Source of the DNA: a virus
Lineage: Duplodnaviria; Caudoviricetes
Strand: one strand, 5' to 3'
Virus record (IMG/VR): IMGVR_UViG_3300048035_000179
Span: 44-64,043 of that record
DNA: 64,000 nucleotides
In this document: positions 1-9,900 of the stretch, one piece after another
Layout of the letters: every line of letters starts with the position of its first letter
How positions within the stretch are numbered: position 1 is the first letter of the stretch
Translations under genes and position numbers: made by a program
The notes under the pieces: model-generated
What the model was told of the DNA's origin: nothing
The model's input: the letters and a program-made list of their open reading frames with translations, nothing else
Databases searched by the model: none

Positions 1-168
1 TATACTGTTGTTGAATCAAGACTTCCCTTTTATAAAAATCAATTGACAAGTCAACAAATGACTGAATTAAAAAAGTTGATTAATATTGAAAAGGCAAAAA
101 AAGCAGTAGCAAAGGCTACTAAATAAAAACCATAGGGGAAGGATTTCATAACCAACAACAAGAATAAG
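1..168. repeat. Terminal direct repeat, left copy (matches 63833-64000)
   Basis: Bases 1-168 match 63833-64000 except A85 vs G63917. Contains the 3' end of the Rad52-like gene. Confidence 0.95.
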
Positions 169-205
169 TAACCCATAACAAGCGTTACTGCCTTCCCCTT
201 TTTTT
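134..205 (+). terminator. Terminator-like structure with a large internal loop
   Basis: AGGGGAAGG (134-142) pairs with CCTTCCCCT (191-199), followed by a T-run. An inner stem AGTAAC/GTTACT lies at 167-172/184-189. Confidence 0.55.
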
Positions 206-218
206 CAAAATTTTAAAG

Positions 219-374
219 ATGGCTAGAGGAGTACAGAAAGAAAAAAAATCCAATAGAATTACTTTTAGGATGACCCCAACTGAAATAGATAGGTTGAACA
301 AGGTCAGTAAATCATTAGAAATAAATGTTTCCCAAACAATAAGGAAAGCATTAAAAAACACATTCGAAATATGA
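219..374 (+). CDS. Ribbon-helix-helix (CopG/MobC-like) DNA-binding protein, 51 aa, not in the ORF track
   Basis: Hand translation MARGVQKEKKSNRITFRMTPTEIDRLNKVSKSLEINVSQTIRKALKNTFEI shows the RHH pattern: ITFR strand, helix, then N-V-S-Q-T-I-R helix. ATGA overlap with the next gene. Confidence 0.75.
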   Translation: MARGVQKEKKSNRITFRMTPTEIDRLNKVSKSLEINVSQTIRKALKNTFEI

Positions 375-1390
375 AAATGACAAGAATACCGACAGGTAAA
401 CTCACTTATGAGGAGTGGGTAGAATTAAGAAAGTCTTTAGTATACAAGGGTATGGTCGGAGGGTCTGATGCATCAACACTGCTAGGATTAAATCCATGGA
501 CTTCAAAAATTACAAGATGGAACCAATCTGTAGGGACTGCAAATATCAAGAATATTGATAACGAGGTTATGTTTCATGGTCGTCTATTAGAAGACTATGT
601 CGCTGATCTTTGGCAATATTGGACAGGAGACCCTATAGTAATGATAAATAATTATCAGTCTAAAAATAAACTTAGAAAATCTATAAGAAGAAACTCTATT
701 TTCATTAATGATGATTATCCATTTCTGTTTGCTAATATAGATAGACAAATTACTAAGCACGATGAAATTTCTGGTAAAGGAGTTTTAGAAATTAAAACTA
801 TTTCGGGATATAATGCTGATAAGTGGGATGGTGGAATTCCTCCTTATTACATCGCACAAATTCAATTATATATGTTGGTTTTAGGTTATGCCTATGGTCA
901 GTTTGCTTTTCTTAAAGACGGAAGACATATGGATGTATTTACTGTTGAGGCTAATAAAAACATCCAAGAAACAATTATAGAAGAGGCAAAGCAGTTTTAC
1001 CTAAGTGTGCAAATGGCTAGAGAAATTATAGAAAGTGGAAGACCACTTAATCAGAACGAAGCATACAAAATGGTATCTCACCTAGAACCAAGTGTAGAAG
1101 ACCAATACAAAGTCGATCTTGATCAATTTCTTTCAGAGAAGCATAAGGCAATGGTAAATAGAGTTAGGATAGATTCAGATGATGAGTTGTTAAAATTAAC
1201 AAGAGAATATATAGAGAGTAGAGATGAAGAGAAGGTTGCTAAAAACAACAAACAACTAGCAATGCAACAGATAAAACAAATCTTAATTCATCGAGGAGCA
1301 CAAGAGGTAGATTTTGGTGATAGTGGGAAGATTGTGTGGGGAAAGACATTTAATGTAAGGTTTAAAGAAAAAGAAGAAATTAATTTTTAA
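371..1390 (+). CDS. YqaJ-like viral recombinase / lambda-type exonuclease
   Basis: EEW..LR, GGSDAST.LGLNPW, GR.LE, FLFANIDR, LEIKT and YIAQIQLYM motifs. Confidence 0.92.
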   Translation: MKMTRIPTGKLTYEEWVELRKSLVYKGMVGGSDASTLLGLNPWTSKITRWNQSVGTANIKNIDNEVMFHGRLLEDYVADLWQYWTGDPIVMINNYQSKNKLRKSIRRNSIFINDDYPFLFANIDRQITKHDEISGKGVLEIKTISGYNADKWDGGIPPYYIAQIQLYMLVLGYAYGQFAFLKDGRHMDVFTVEANKNIQETIIEEAKQFYLSVQMAREIIESGRPLNQNEAYKMVSHLEPSVEDQYKVDLDQFLSEKHKAMVNRVRIDSDDELLKLTREYIESRDEEKVAKNNKQLAMQQIKQILIHRGAQEVDFGDSGKIVWGKTFNVRFKEKEEINF

Positions 1391-1391
1391 G

Positions 1392-1757
1392 ATGGATTTA
1401 AGTAAAATAAGAAAGGGTATATTAAAAAATTTAGCGGTAAAAAACCCTCATACGCTAGAGGTAAACTCAGTTATAGAAGGCAACTCGTACTTTGGGCTTT
1501 GTATATTTATAGGCTTAGGGCTTATGTTTGGTCACTCCCACAAAACTATAGCAGAATATTTATCAGAAGATGTTGATCATGTTAAGTTTTTAGAAGAAAA
1601 GTTTATCAGTATTTTAAGTGATTACTTTAACACAAAAAAACCAACAACTACTGCAAAAGGTTTTTACACAAAGACAAGTCTAGTCTTAAACTTTATAAAC
1701 AATAATTATGGTAAAAAGGTATCACTTGCTGAGGTGATTAAAGATAAAATAAAATAA
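1392..1757 (+). CDS. Hypothetical protein, possible degenerate HTH
   Basis: Tightly packed ORF. The segment GHSHKTIAEYL resembles an HTH. Confidence 0.55.
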   Translation: MDLSKIRKGILKNLAVKNPHTLEVNSVIEGNSYFGLCIFIGLGLMFGHSHKTIAEYLSEDVDHVKFLEEKFISILSDYFNTKKPTTTAKGFYTKTSLVLNFINNNYGKKVSLAEVIKDKIK

Positions 1758-1758
1758 T

Positions 1759-2028
1759 ATGAATATAAGTGTAAACGGACAAATAAGATTTATATCACAA
1801 GTAAATAAAGTTGAATCAAAAACTGACGATTTATCTCAACATATTTTTAAAATATTAGTTATCGAAACTTTAGACAACTCATACCTTGCAATTCATTGTT
1901 GGGATGGAGCAGTTGAAAAGATAAAAGATTATAAGGTAAAAGATCTTGTTGAGTTGGAATGCAGATTAGAGTCACATAGAAACAGGAAAAACAAAGATTT
2001 GTGGTATCATAAACTGTTATTAAGATGA
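1759..2028 (+). CDS. OB-fold ssDNA-binding protein, DUF3127-like paralog
   Basis: V.GQI..I N-terminus, KVKDLVELECRLESH and WYH mirror the DUF3127 layout. Confidence 0.55.
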   Translation: MNISVNGQIRFISQVNKVESKTDDLSQHIFKILVIETLDNSYLAIHCWDGAVEKIKDYKVKDLVELECRLESHRNRKNKDLWYHKLLLR

Positions 2029-2639
2029 TAAGAAGCACAACTGTAATTTATGAAGTCTTGAGAAGATATGATCTTTCTCCTATAGCCTATATGTTAAGCG
2101 ATTTAATTTATAAATACACATCTCATGATGGGTACTGTGATAAGAATTTAAAAGACTTGTCAGAGGAGTTAAATTGTTCACCTCGATCACTAACAAGATA
2201 TGTTTCAGATTTGGTAGAAAAAAAATTTATTGAAAACATTGGTACGAAATCTCATCCAAAGTACAGAACAACTCCACTTTGGTTTAGACTAGGAGTTTCA
2301 GATGGTATTGAGGTTATATCTTTAGAATATCAAAAAACATGTAAAGATGTTATTGATTATATAAATAATAAATACAACAAAAAATACAATCCAAGAACAT
2401 ACGAGAAAAGATTTAAAAGTATTCTCTCAAAAAAGTTTAATGGAGAACCTATAACAGGTAAAATTATGGTTAATGTATTTGATTGGTGTAAATCACAATG
2501 GAGTGAAAAGTATCAATCATCAGTAACCCCCGAAGTTATATTCGGAAACAAATTCACAGAGAAATATTTAATTCAATATACAGAGTGGGATTCAATTAAT
2601 AAGGTATCCCCCAACAGAAAAAGAGTAGCAATTATATGA
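2025..2639 (+). CDS. Phage replication initiator (N-terminal wHTH plus conserved phage C-terminal domain)
   Basis: HTH LKDLSEELNCSPRSLTRYVSDLVEKKFI. The C-terminal VTPEVIFGNKFTEKYL resembles Phg_2220_C. Lies directly upstream of the primase-helicase. Confidence 0.7.
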   Translation: MIRSTTVIYEVLRRYDLSPIAYMLSDLIYKYTSHDGYCDKNLKDLSEELNCSPRSLTRYVSDLVEKKFIENIGTKSHPKYRTTPLWFRLGVSDGIEVISLEYQKTCKDVIDYINNKYNKKYNPRTYEKRFKSILSKKFNGEPITGKIMVNVFDWCKSQWSEKYQSSVTPEVIFGNKFTEKYLIQYTEWDSINKVSPNRKRVAII

Positions 2640-4351
2640 CAAACTATTTATCAAAACTACAAGCACTTGGCATCGATGTCAAGAATGGCACAGGCACTGA
2701 ACCTCAAAAAACTAAGTGTCCAAAATGTTCTCACACTAGAAAAAAGAACAAAAACGAAAAATGTCTTAGGGTATGGGTAGAGACAGGAACTTATTACTGC
2801 CATCATTGTGGTGACAATGGTTCTGTTGCAGAGTATGAAACCGAATATGAATTACCAACTGTAAAAGCATCTCCTTTATCTCCTAAAATATTAAAATTTT
2901 TCAAGGATAGAGGTATAAATGAAAGCACAATAGAATACTTTGGTGTTACGGAGGGTGTAGAGTATATGCCACAAGTACAAAGTGAAAGACCTGTAATACA
3001 GTTTAATTACATTAGAAAGGGTAGGAGAATTAACATAAAATTTAGAGACTCTCAAAAGAATTTTAAACTAAACAAAGGTTCAGAAATGATCATGTATGGT
3101 TTAGATTTAATTAATCCTGCAACTTGGTGTATTATAACAGAAGGTGAGTTTGATGCAATGGCTTTTTACGAGGCAGGATTGCAAGAAAATAGACTTATGT
3201 TTGCTTGTTCTGTACCAAATGGCGCATCTACAGGAAATCAAAATCTCACATACTTAGATAATAGTATCGATGAGTTTGAAAATAAAGACAAAATATATTT
3301 AGCATTAGATAATGATGCACCAGGAATAAAACTAAGAGACGAGTTGTCAAGGCGACTAGGTAAGGATAGAGTTTGGTTAGTAAACTTTCCCGATGGATGT
3401 AAAGATGCCAATGATGTTTTACTCAAACATGGGTCGTTTGAATTAATTAAGTGTATAGACTCTGCAAAACCCTTTCCTTTGGAGGGGGTGAGTAAAGCAT
3501 CTGACTCTCGTAAAGAAATACATAATCTTTATAATCATGGAATGCCAAAGGGTGATGAGATTGGTTATAAAGAGTTTGACCAACTTATGTCATGGAGACC
3601 AAGTGAATTTACACTAGTTACAGGAGTTCCTGGTCATGGTAAGTCGTCTTTCGTTGATCAAGTTATAGTAGAGTTAGCGAGACAAGGATGGAAGTTTGGA
3701 ATATTTTCAGCAGAAAAACAACCAATAAAAGTACATGTTGCAGAATTGATAGAAAAATATACAGGTAAAAGATTTGGTAAAGGTTCAGTAGATAATTTGC
3801 AACCACACGAATTAGACCCTGCAATAGACTTTGTAAACAAACATTTCTTCTTCATAAATCTTAAGGATAATGATTTAACAGTAGAAGGTATATTGAATAA
3901 AGGAAAAGAGTTAGTTAAAAAAATGGGAATAAACTGCTTAATTATTGACAATTGGGCGTTTGTAGAGCATAAGATAGAGAGAGGAATGAATGAACATCAA
4001 TATACAGGACTTCAACTATCTAAAATAAAAATATTTAAAGAGGCTTATGACTGCGGTGTAATACTTGTTGCTCACCCTCAAAAATTAAAAAAAGAGAATG
4101 GGAAGGTAGAGGTCGCTTCAGGTTACAGCGTAAGTGGCTCTTCCCACTTCTTTAATAAAGTAGATAATGGAATTACTGTATACCGAGATTTTGAAAGAGA
4201 ACTTGTCGAGGTGCATGTTTGGAAGGTTCGATGGAGGTTCACAGGAAAAACAGGTATGCAGGAATTCAAATATAATTTAAATACTACTTGTTACACTGAA
4301 TATGAAGAAACAACACATAACGGTCAATATGCGAAATTCCAAGGACAATAA
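2636..4351 (+). CDS. T7 gp4/Twinkle-like primase-helicase
   Basis: Zn finger CPKC...CHHC, TOPRIM ITEGEFDA and DNDAPG, KDAND, Walker A GVPGHGKSS, Walker B LIIDN, and VAHP. Confidence 0.95.
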   Translation: MTNYLSKLQALGIDVKNGTGTEPQKTKCPKCSHTRKKNKNEKCLRVWVETGTYYCHHCGDNGSVAEYETEYELPTVKASPLSPKILKFFKDRGINESTIEYFGVTEGVEYMPQVQSERPVIQFNYIRKGRRINIKFRDSQKNFKLNKGSEMIMYGLDLINPATWCIITEGEFDAMAFYEAGLQENRLMFACSVPNGASTGNQNLTYLDNSIDEFENKDKIYLALDNDAPGIKLRDELSRRLGKDRVWLVNFPDGCKDANDVLLKHGSFELIKCIDSAKPFPLEGVSKASDSRKEIHNLYNHGMPKGDEIGYKEFDQLMSWRPSEFTLVTGVPGHGKSSFVDQVIVELARQGWKFGIFSAEKQPIKVHVAELIEKYTGKRFGKGSVDNLQPHELDPAIDFVNKHFFFINLKDNDLTVEGILNKGKELVKKMGINCLIIDNWAFVEHKIERGMNEHQYTGLQLSKIKIFKEAYDCGVILVAHPQKLKKENGKVEVASGYSVSGSSHFFNKVDNGITVYRDFERELVEVHVWKVRWRFTGKTGMQEFKYNLNTTCYTEYEETTHNGQYAKFQGQ

Positions 4352-4628
4352 ACAAAAACTATATAAGGTTGTGTGGGGTAGAAACAAATGGGGTACGTCT
4401 ATAGGAAAGCAGAAAGTATTTGAAAGTGGAGACTTTTTAAGACCTGCGATGCTTGATGAGGTTGTGCCTGATAAAGAAGAGTACTTTATAAGACCTAATG
4501 GAACAGGTGATTGTTATTATCTGCTTTATAAAGGTTTTGATAAGAGTGTTAAATATGATGATATAAAAACATTTGTAGAGCACAAAATGGTTTATGTCTA
4601 TAAAGATTTTAATGTATATGGGAAATAA
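4302..4628 (+). CDS. Hypothetical protein
   Basis: ORF within the operon. Start uncertain. Confidence 0.55.
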   Translation: MKKQHITVNMRNSKDNKQKLYKVVWGRNKWGTSIGKQKVFESGDFLRPAMLDEVVPDKEEYFIRPNGTGDCYYLLYKGFDKSVKYDDIKTFVEHKMVYVYKDFNVYGK

Positions 4629-4965
4629 AAACAGAAGAAAAGGTCACGATTATGAGCGTGAATTAGTTAAAGATTTTAAAAAATTAGGATTTACAAATTG
4701 TGTTACCTCTAGGTATGGCTCAAAAATGCTAGATGATCAAGGAATTGATCTTATGTATACAGGAGATTTTGCAGTACAAGCAAAATGTTACACAAGAAAT
4801 CCAAACTACAGAAAAGTATTAGAAGAGATGCAGATTAGACCTACAGATATTCCAATAGTGTTTCATAAAGTTCCAAGAGGAAGAGAGTACTGTGTTCTTT
4901 ATAAGGAAGATATGATAGAGTTAATAGAAATGTTAGTAACAAACAAAATAATAAATACACCATAA
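4594..4965 (+). CDS. Holliday junction resolvase-like PD-(D/E)XK nuclease (real start probably about 4618)
   Basis: RRKGHDYERELVKDF, GIDL and VQAK motifs of Hjc-like phage resolvases. Confidence 0.75.
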   Translation: MSIKILMYMGNKNRRKGHDYERELVKDFKKLGFTNCVTSRYGSKMLDDQGIDLMYTGDFAVQAKCYTRNPNYRKVLEEMQIRPTDIPIVFHKVPRGREYCVLYKEDMIELIEMLVTNKIINTP

Positions 4966-5202
4966 ATGAAAGAGATGCCTGTAAATTATAAAATTAGAAT
5001 ACCTACAATCGACAAGTTACTTACAGAACATAATGAGGCTCATGTAAACATTGTATCGGTAAACAACACAAAAGAAGAAATTAAAAAACTAAGAGAGTTA
5101 GATAACACTCTTGTAAAGCAAATAGATGATGTTAATAGCATTGTCTGTGAAGTCCTTGAATATTTTGAGGCGAGAGGCTTAAACACCTCTGAATATATAT
5201 AA
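4966..5202 (+). CDS. Hypothetical coiled-coil protein
   Basis: ORF within the operon. Confidence 0.55.
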   Translation: MKEMPVNYKIRIPTIDKLLTEHNEAHVNIVSVNNTKEEIKKLRELDNTLVKQIDDVNSIVCEVLEYFEARGLNTSEYI

Positions 5203-5220
5203 CACTTTAATATTTTAATT

Positions 5221-5583
5221 ATGTCAAATTCAGTAGAATTACAAGGTCGCATCAAAGAAATCTCAGATGCACAAACCATTCAAACTCAAAAAGGAGATCT
5301 TGAAAAAAGAGTACTTACAGTTGAATTAGGAGGAGACTCTCAGTATCCTGTTAATTATCCTGTAGAGGCTATTGGAGCCAAAGCAAATTTATTCAATGCT
5401 TACAATGTAGGTGATGAAGTAAAAGTTTCTGTTAACCTAAGAAGTTATACAGATCGTAATGGCGAACTAAGAACAGCAAACGCTAATGCATGGAAAATTA
5501 CTTATGCGGATGGTAATATCCCTAGTAACAACAATACCCACGCAAAGAATGTTGAAGATGCAGTAAATGATCTTGCATTTTAA
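5221..5583 (+). CDS. DUF3127 family ssDNA-binding protein (Bacteroidota phage SSB)
   Basis: ELQGRIKEI, SQYP, VGDEVKVSVNLR, AWKI and an acidic C-terminal tip NDLAF. Confidence 0.85.
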   Translation: MSNSVELQGRIKEISDAQTIQTQKGDLEKRVLTVELGGDSQYPVNYPVEAIGAKANLFNAYNVGDEVKVSVNLRSYTDRNGELRTANANAWKITYADGNIPSNNNTHAKNVEDAVNDLAF

Positions 5584-5906
5584 TGGATACTAGAGAGAAA
5601 ATTGAGAGGGTTGGTGCTGAAATCATCAGCCTTCTCATCTCTAAAAACGCTGATTATGGTGATAGTGCTACATCTCCAATAAGTGTTTTTGGTGACGGAG
5701 ATCCAATAAAATCTTTATGTGCCAGAATAGATGATAAAATATCTAGGATAAAACAAAAGGGTATTTATGACAAGACAGAAGATACTGTTAAAGATCTTAC
5801 AGGTTATTTAATTTTGTTACTTATAGCATTACGAGATCAAGAAGAAAATAAGGATGATGAAAAAACACCATCTAGGTATTTCACAAACAATAGTTGGGGG
5901 ATTTAG
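5583..5906 (+). CDS. DUF1599 / nucleotide-modification-associated domain 1 protein
   Basis: KNADYGDS, RIDDKISRI and EDTVKDLTGY motifs. Confidence 0.8.
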   Translation: MDTREKIERVGAEIISLLISKNADYGDSATSPISVFGDGDPIKSLCARIDDKISRIKQKGIYDKTEDTVKDLTGYLILLLIALRDQEENKDDEKTPSRYFTNNSWGI

Positions 5907-5915
5907 GTCTCCTAA

Positions 5916-6377
5916 CTATTTTTTTATTGTGTTATACTTTTCAAATCCTCTACTTCCAAAGTATGCTACATAAATAGTAACTAATAATGTTTTTAAAAGT
6001 TCTATCCAACTAGCATCAATTTCAAATGCAATATCTAAAGCGTCTAATAATATATACAAAGACGTTATAACTGTAAGATATATTAATGTTAGAGGTCTCG
6101 TATTTTTCGAAAGCCATGAGTCAGATTTCATATCAGACTCCCATCTTTTACTAACCTCTTGTAACTCGATCATATCAAGTTCTAATAACTTCATTGCTTT
6201 TTCTTTGTCCTCTGGAGGTAGTACAGCAGGATCTTCCTTATCAATTAAGTTTTTTACAATACCTAAAACACCAGAACTAGGTAACATATCACCTACAACA
6301 TCTGCTATTTTAGAACCACTCCCAAGCAAGAACTTTCCTACTTTAGTGTCTTTAAATTTTTTCTTTGGTTTACTCAT
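5916..6377 (-). CDS. Holin (3TM/GTA-holin-like)
   Basis: RWESDM.SDSWLSKNTRP, two hydrophobic helices and YFGSRG.EK. Adjacent to the amidase. Confidence 0.8.
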   Translation of the reverse strand: MSKPKKKFKDTKVGKFLLGSGSKIADVVGDMLPSSGVLGIVKNLIDKEDPAVLPPEDKEKAMKLLELDMIELQEVSKRWESDMKSDSWLSKNTRPLTLIYLTVITSLYILLDALDIAFEIDASWIELLKTLLVTIYVAYFGSRGFEKYNTIKK

Positions 6378-6537
6378 TTCCTTCCCACCATTTTATATGT
6401 AACATAAAAAATATGAAATATAAGTTTAATTCATACCAGTCTTCATCTCCTTCAGGAGTAAAGAACGCCCAACCTAACATCGGACCTATTCTGAATCTTT
6501 CTGAGATTACTACCTCATAACCTATATTATCGAACAT
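6370..6537 (-). CDS. Small hypothetical protein in the lysis cassette (55 aa, MFDNIGYEVV...)
   Basis: Using the internal ATG at 6537 avoids a long overlap with the amidase. Confidence 0.55.
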   Translation of the reverse strand: MFDNIGYEVVISERFRIGPMLGWAFFTPEGDEDWYELNLYFIFFMLHIKWWEGNE

Positions 6538-6952
6538 ATTTGTCTTGTATTGATTTGTATTCTTCTTTAGCGTCATAACTTGGACATGCCTTCGAGGAGA
6601 AGTCTCTATGACCATATACCTCAGCACCTGGATAACTAGCACAAAGATAACCAACTAAATACTCTAGGCTGTCAATTTGAGCATCCGTTCTGGTGTCTTT
6701 TGGATTCATATCCGCATCACATCCTCCGACATATGTAATACCTATACTGTATTTGTTATGTCCCTTTACGTGAGCACCTGATATATTTAGAGGTCGCCCC
6801 TGATTAATAGTTCCATCAAGTTGCACAACATAGTGATATCCTATCTGTGACCATCCTCTTTGTTTGTGCCATGAATCAATTTCCTCTACTGAAACTGGTC
6901 TACCTTCAGGAGTAGCAGTACAGTGTACTACAATCTTGTTTATTTTTCTCAT
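6527..6952 (-). CDS. Endolysin, N-acetylmuramoyl-L-alanine amidase (T7 lysozyme-like)
   Basis: IVVHCTAT, IGYHY, GAHVKGHN..SIGI and GHRDF..KACP zinc-amidase motifs. Confidence 0.95.
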   Translation of the reverse strand: MRKINKIVVHCTATPEGRPVSVEEIDSWHKQRGWSQIGYHYVVQLDGTINQGRPLNISGAHVKGHNKYSIGITYVGGCDADMNPKDTRTDAQIDSLEYLVGYLCASYPGAEVYGHRDFSSKACPSYDAKEEYKSIQDKYVR

Positions 6953-9900
6953 TCTTTTCTATATTTTTCGTATCCACCACTGTAAAAAACATCAATAAAT
7001 GCTGCATCCCTAGCCTCTTTTTTTAAGGTTGCTACAAAATCCTGCATTACTTCGGTTTGATTTGTTTTACTTAAATTTCTTAACGTTTCAAGATTTCGTC
7101 TTAAAGCCTTTCCTGTTTCTTTAGCAGCCCTAATTTTATAAACCATATACTCATCAGAGGTCATATCTCTATTTTCTCCTGTTTCAAAGTTTATAGTTTT
7201 TCTTTGGTTACTTGGAAACCCTATAAATATTCCGTTATTAGTTAAAAGTTTTGCAATCGGATCAGCGTCATCCCCTATAGCAAACTCGAATGGAATATAT
7301 TTTTCAGATTGGTTTGGTATAACTGGGTCACCCATTGAATCAACTAAATCATATAAACCGCTATTTGCCATTGGAATATCTCTGTAAAGTTGACTCATTG
7401 CAGAAGCAAAAGTTCCATTTGCTCTGGATTTTATTGGATCGTCTAAAATATCCATCATAAGTCTTATTTTTTGCTTGTGGAAATTAGGTATAACAATAGA
7501 AGAAATAGTTCCAAATAACTTATTTGCTACCTTTTTGTCCCAATCTTCTCTATTCATTAACCCACCTAAATCTTCAATACCTTGAAGCCAAGATTGTCCC
7601 GTCATACTCATTGCTGTTTGACCCACAACATATGCTGCAAGATCATCTTCTATTACGTTTCCATACTTATTAGATTCGTATAAAGTTCCTGCTGAAACAA
7701 AAATAAAAAACATAGGGTGATCTTTATATGAGAAACTAACATCGCCAAATGAGACTGTAAAAGGTTTCCAACCACCTTTTTGTAACTCATACCTCTTTTT
7801 ATAATCAGTAGGACCTGCGGCTGTTATTTTAAACCATTGATCTTCATCAGGCTCATCTAGTCCCTTCATTAAAGTAGCATATAATCCTAGCATAGTTGAT
7901 GTACCTATTGTGGCTTTTATCATAAGATCAGATTTCTCATCTGAAGTTAATGCTCTTACTTTTCCTCCTGTAACTCTGACACTTGCCTCATTTTTCAAGC
8001 GTTTTTTTCCATTACTATCTGTAGTAAATTTTAATCCAGAAAAGGGTATAAATTCTTTAATACCACTTTTTCCTGATTTAGTTGCGGTAATGAAACCTAC
8101 AGGTGTCCAATGTAAAAATCTATTGAACACGTTGGTTAACACCCTTGCAAAAGGAATAAATGTGGTTATTATTGGACCAATTTTTTCCCTGTTCCTTAAC
8201 ATAACAACACCATCGTATATGTAACTTAAACCACCTTCAGGATCATAGTTAAATGTAGTTTTAGATCCAAACGATTCTGCTGTACCTTGAATTGTTAAAT
8301 CTCTTTTAGCCTCAACTAATTCATGAACCCTAATTTTAAATTCAGTTGTTCCTTCTTCAAACCCTTCTGTTTTGGCTTCTTTGACTGCATCCTCTATGTA
8401 TTCTTTTGGAGGATTTAATATATCATTTGCTTTCTTTAAATCTTCTGGAGTTACATTTTTGCCTCTCTTTAATTTTGATGCAAGTGCAAATGCCTGCATA
8501 TCTTTAGCAGCATGATAAAACATTTGATCAAATGCAACCATACCTCTGTTAACATATTTCAATACATTTGGAGACCAAGGATTTAACGTGTACCATGGAG
8601 AGTTTAAGGCTTTATTTAATCCTTTACTGTTTGTGTTCCATCTCCACCACTCTAAAAGTTGTGGGTTATCCATTTTATCTGCTCTTGCTGATCTAACACC
8701 AGTCTTAAGAATGTTTTTAGCATTTAACCAACCTTTCGCAAAACCTTTAATCATACCTAGTGGTGCATAAAACATAGCCTGTGGATTACCTTTCATAGCC
8801 TCTCTTACAGATGTGACTAATAACTCACTAGTGATTGACATCCAGTTTGCTACAATGTTTCTTTCCTGAGTAGTAACCCCTGATAGTATTGCTCCATAAA
8901 AATATGCTTCAAACAAATCCTTACCACTTGCGCCTAGTATAGACATCTTATATTTATACAGTTCTGCTACTGCTTTAGATTTCGGTAATCCTTCTGCCGC
9001 AGCCTTTTCAGTTTTAATTAAATCCTTTAACTTATTTTTCTCCTCTTCAGTTAAGGGGTTTTTACCATTCTGTTCCAGTTGTTTTTCTATAAGTGCAATG
9101 GTTCTGTCTGCGGACAAAGCATTAAGCATTCTAAAGGCTTGTATAAATCTACCTGACCTTGTTCCTTCTTTAGACATCATCTCTACAATACCATTAATTC
9201 CTGCTGATATTGTTTCTGATTCAGCAAGTTTACCTTCATCTCTGAGTTTTTGAACTTCGGATTCCAACTCTACTATAACCTTATTAGTAAGTGCAATTCT
9301 AACCTCTGGTAGTAAATACTCAGGGTTTTGTTTTATAACTTTTACAGACTCATCAACCCCTAATTGATCAAACATAATTTGAGCCTCAGCATCTGTTATT
9401 TGATTAGATCTAGGAACATATTTTTTAGCGTCTTCTGACAATGCTTCAAATGTTTCTGAACTTAATACCTCAGCCAATCTACTAGTATATTTTCTATTAG
9501 CACTAGGCTTGTCGGATTCAGGAGTTATATTACCTTCATATAGTTCACTTAATCTTTCTGTAGTATAGTCAGGGAATCTTCTATTTAAGTAATCTATAAC
9601 TTTAGCCTTATCTAATCCATTATCTTTTGCTCTTTGTAATGCTTGATTTATTTGATCTTCAGTTACTGGGTTTTTTCCGTCTAATTGAAAGGATGGTGAA
9701 TATTCTTTAGGTTTATTTTCCTCTGTAAAATATTCTACATTCCCTCTTGCATAAACCTTAGTTCCTACAATAGTGACTTCGTCTGCTCTTTTTACTGGCT
9801 TACCATCAGAGTCAACAAACAGACTGTTTTTCATAGGATTAAAACCTATTTCAACTCCACTGTAATTTTGCTTATCTAACGGTACTTCTTGATATTTACC

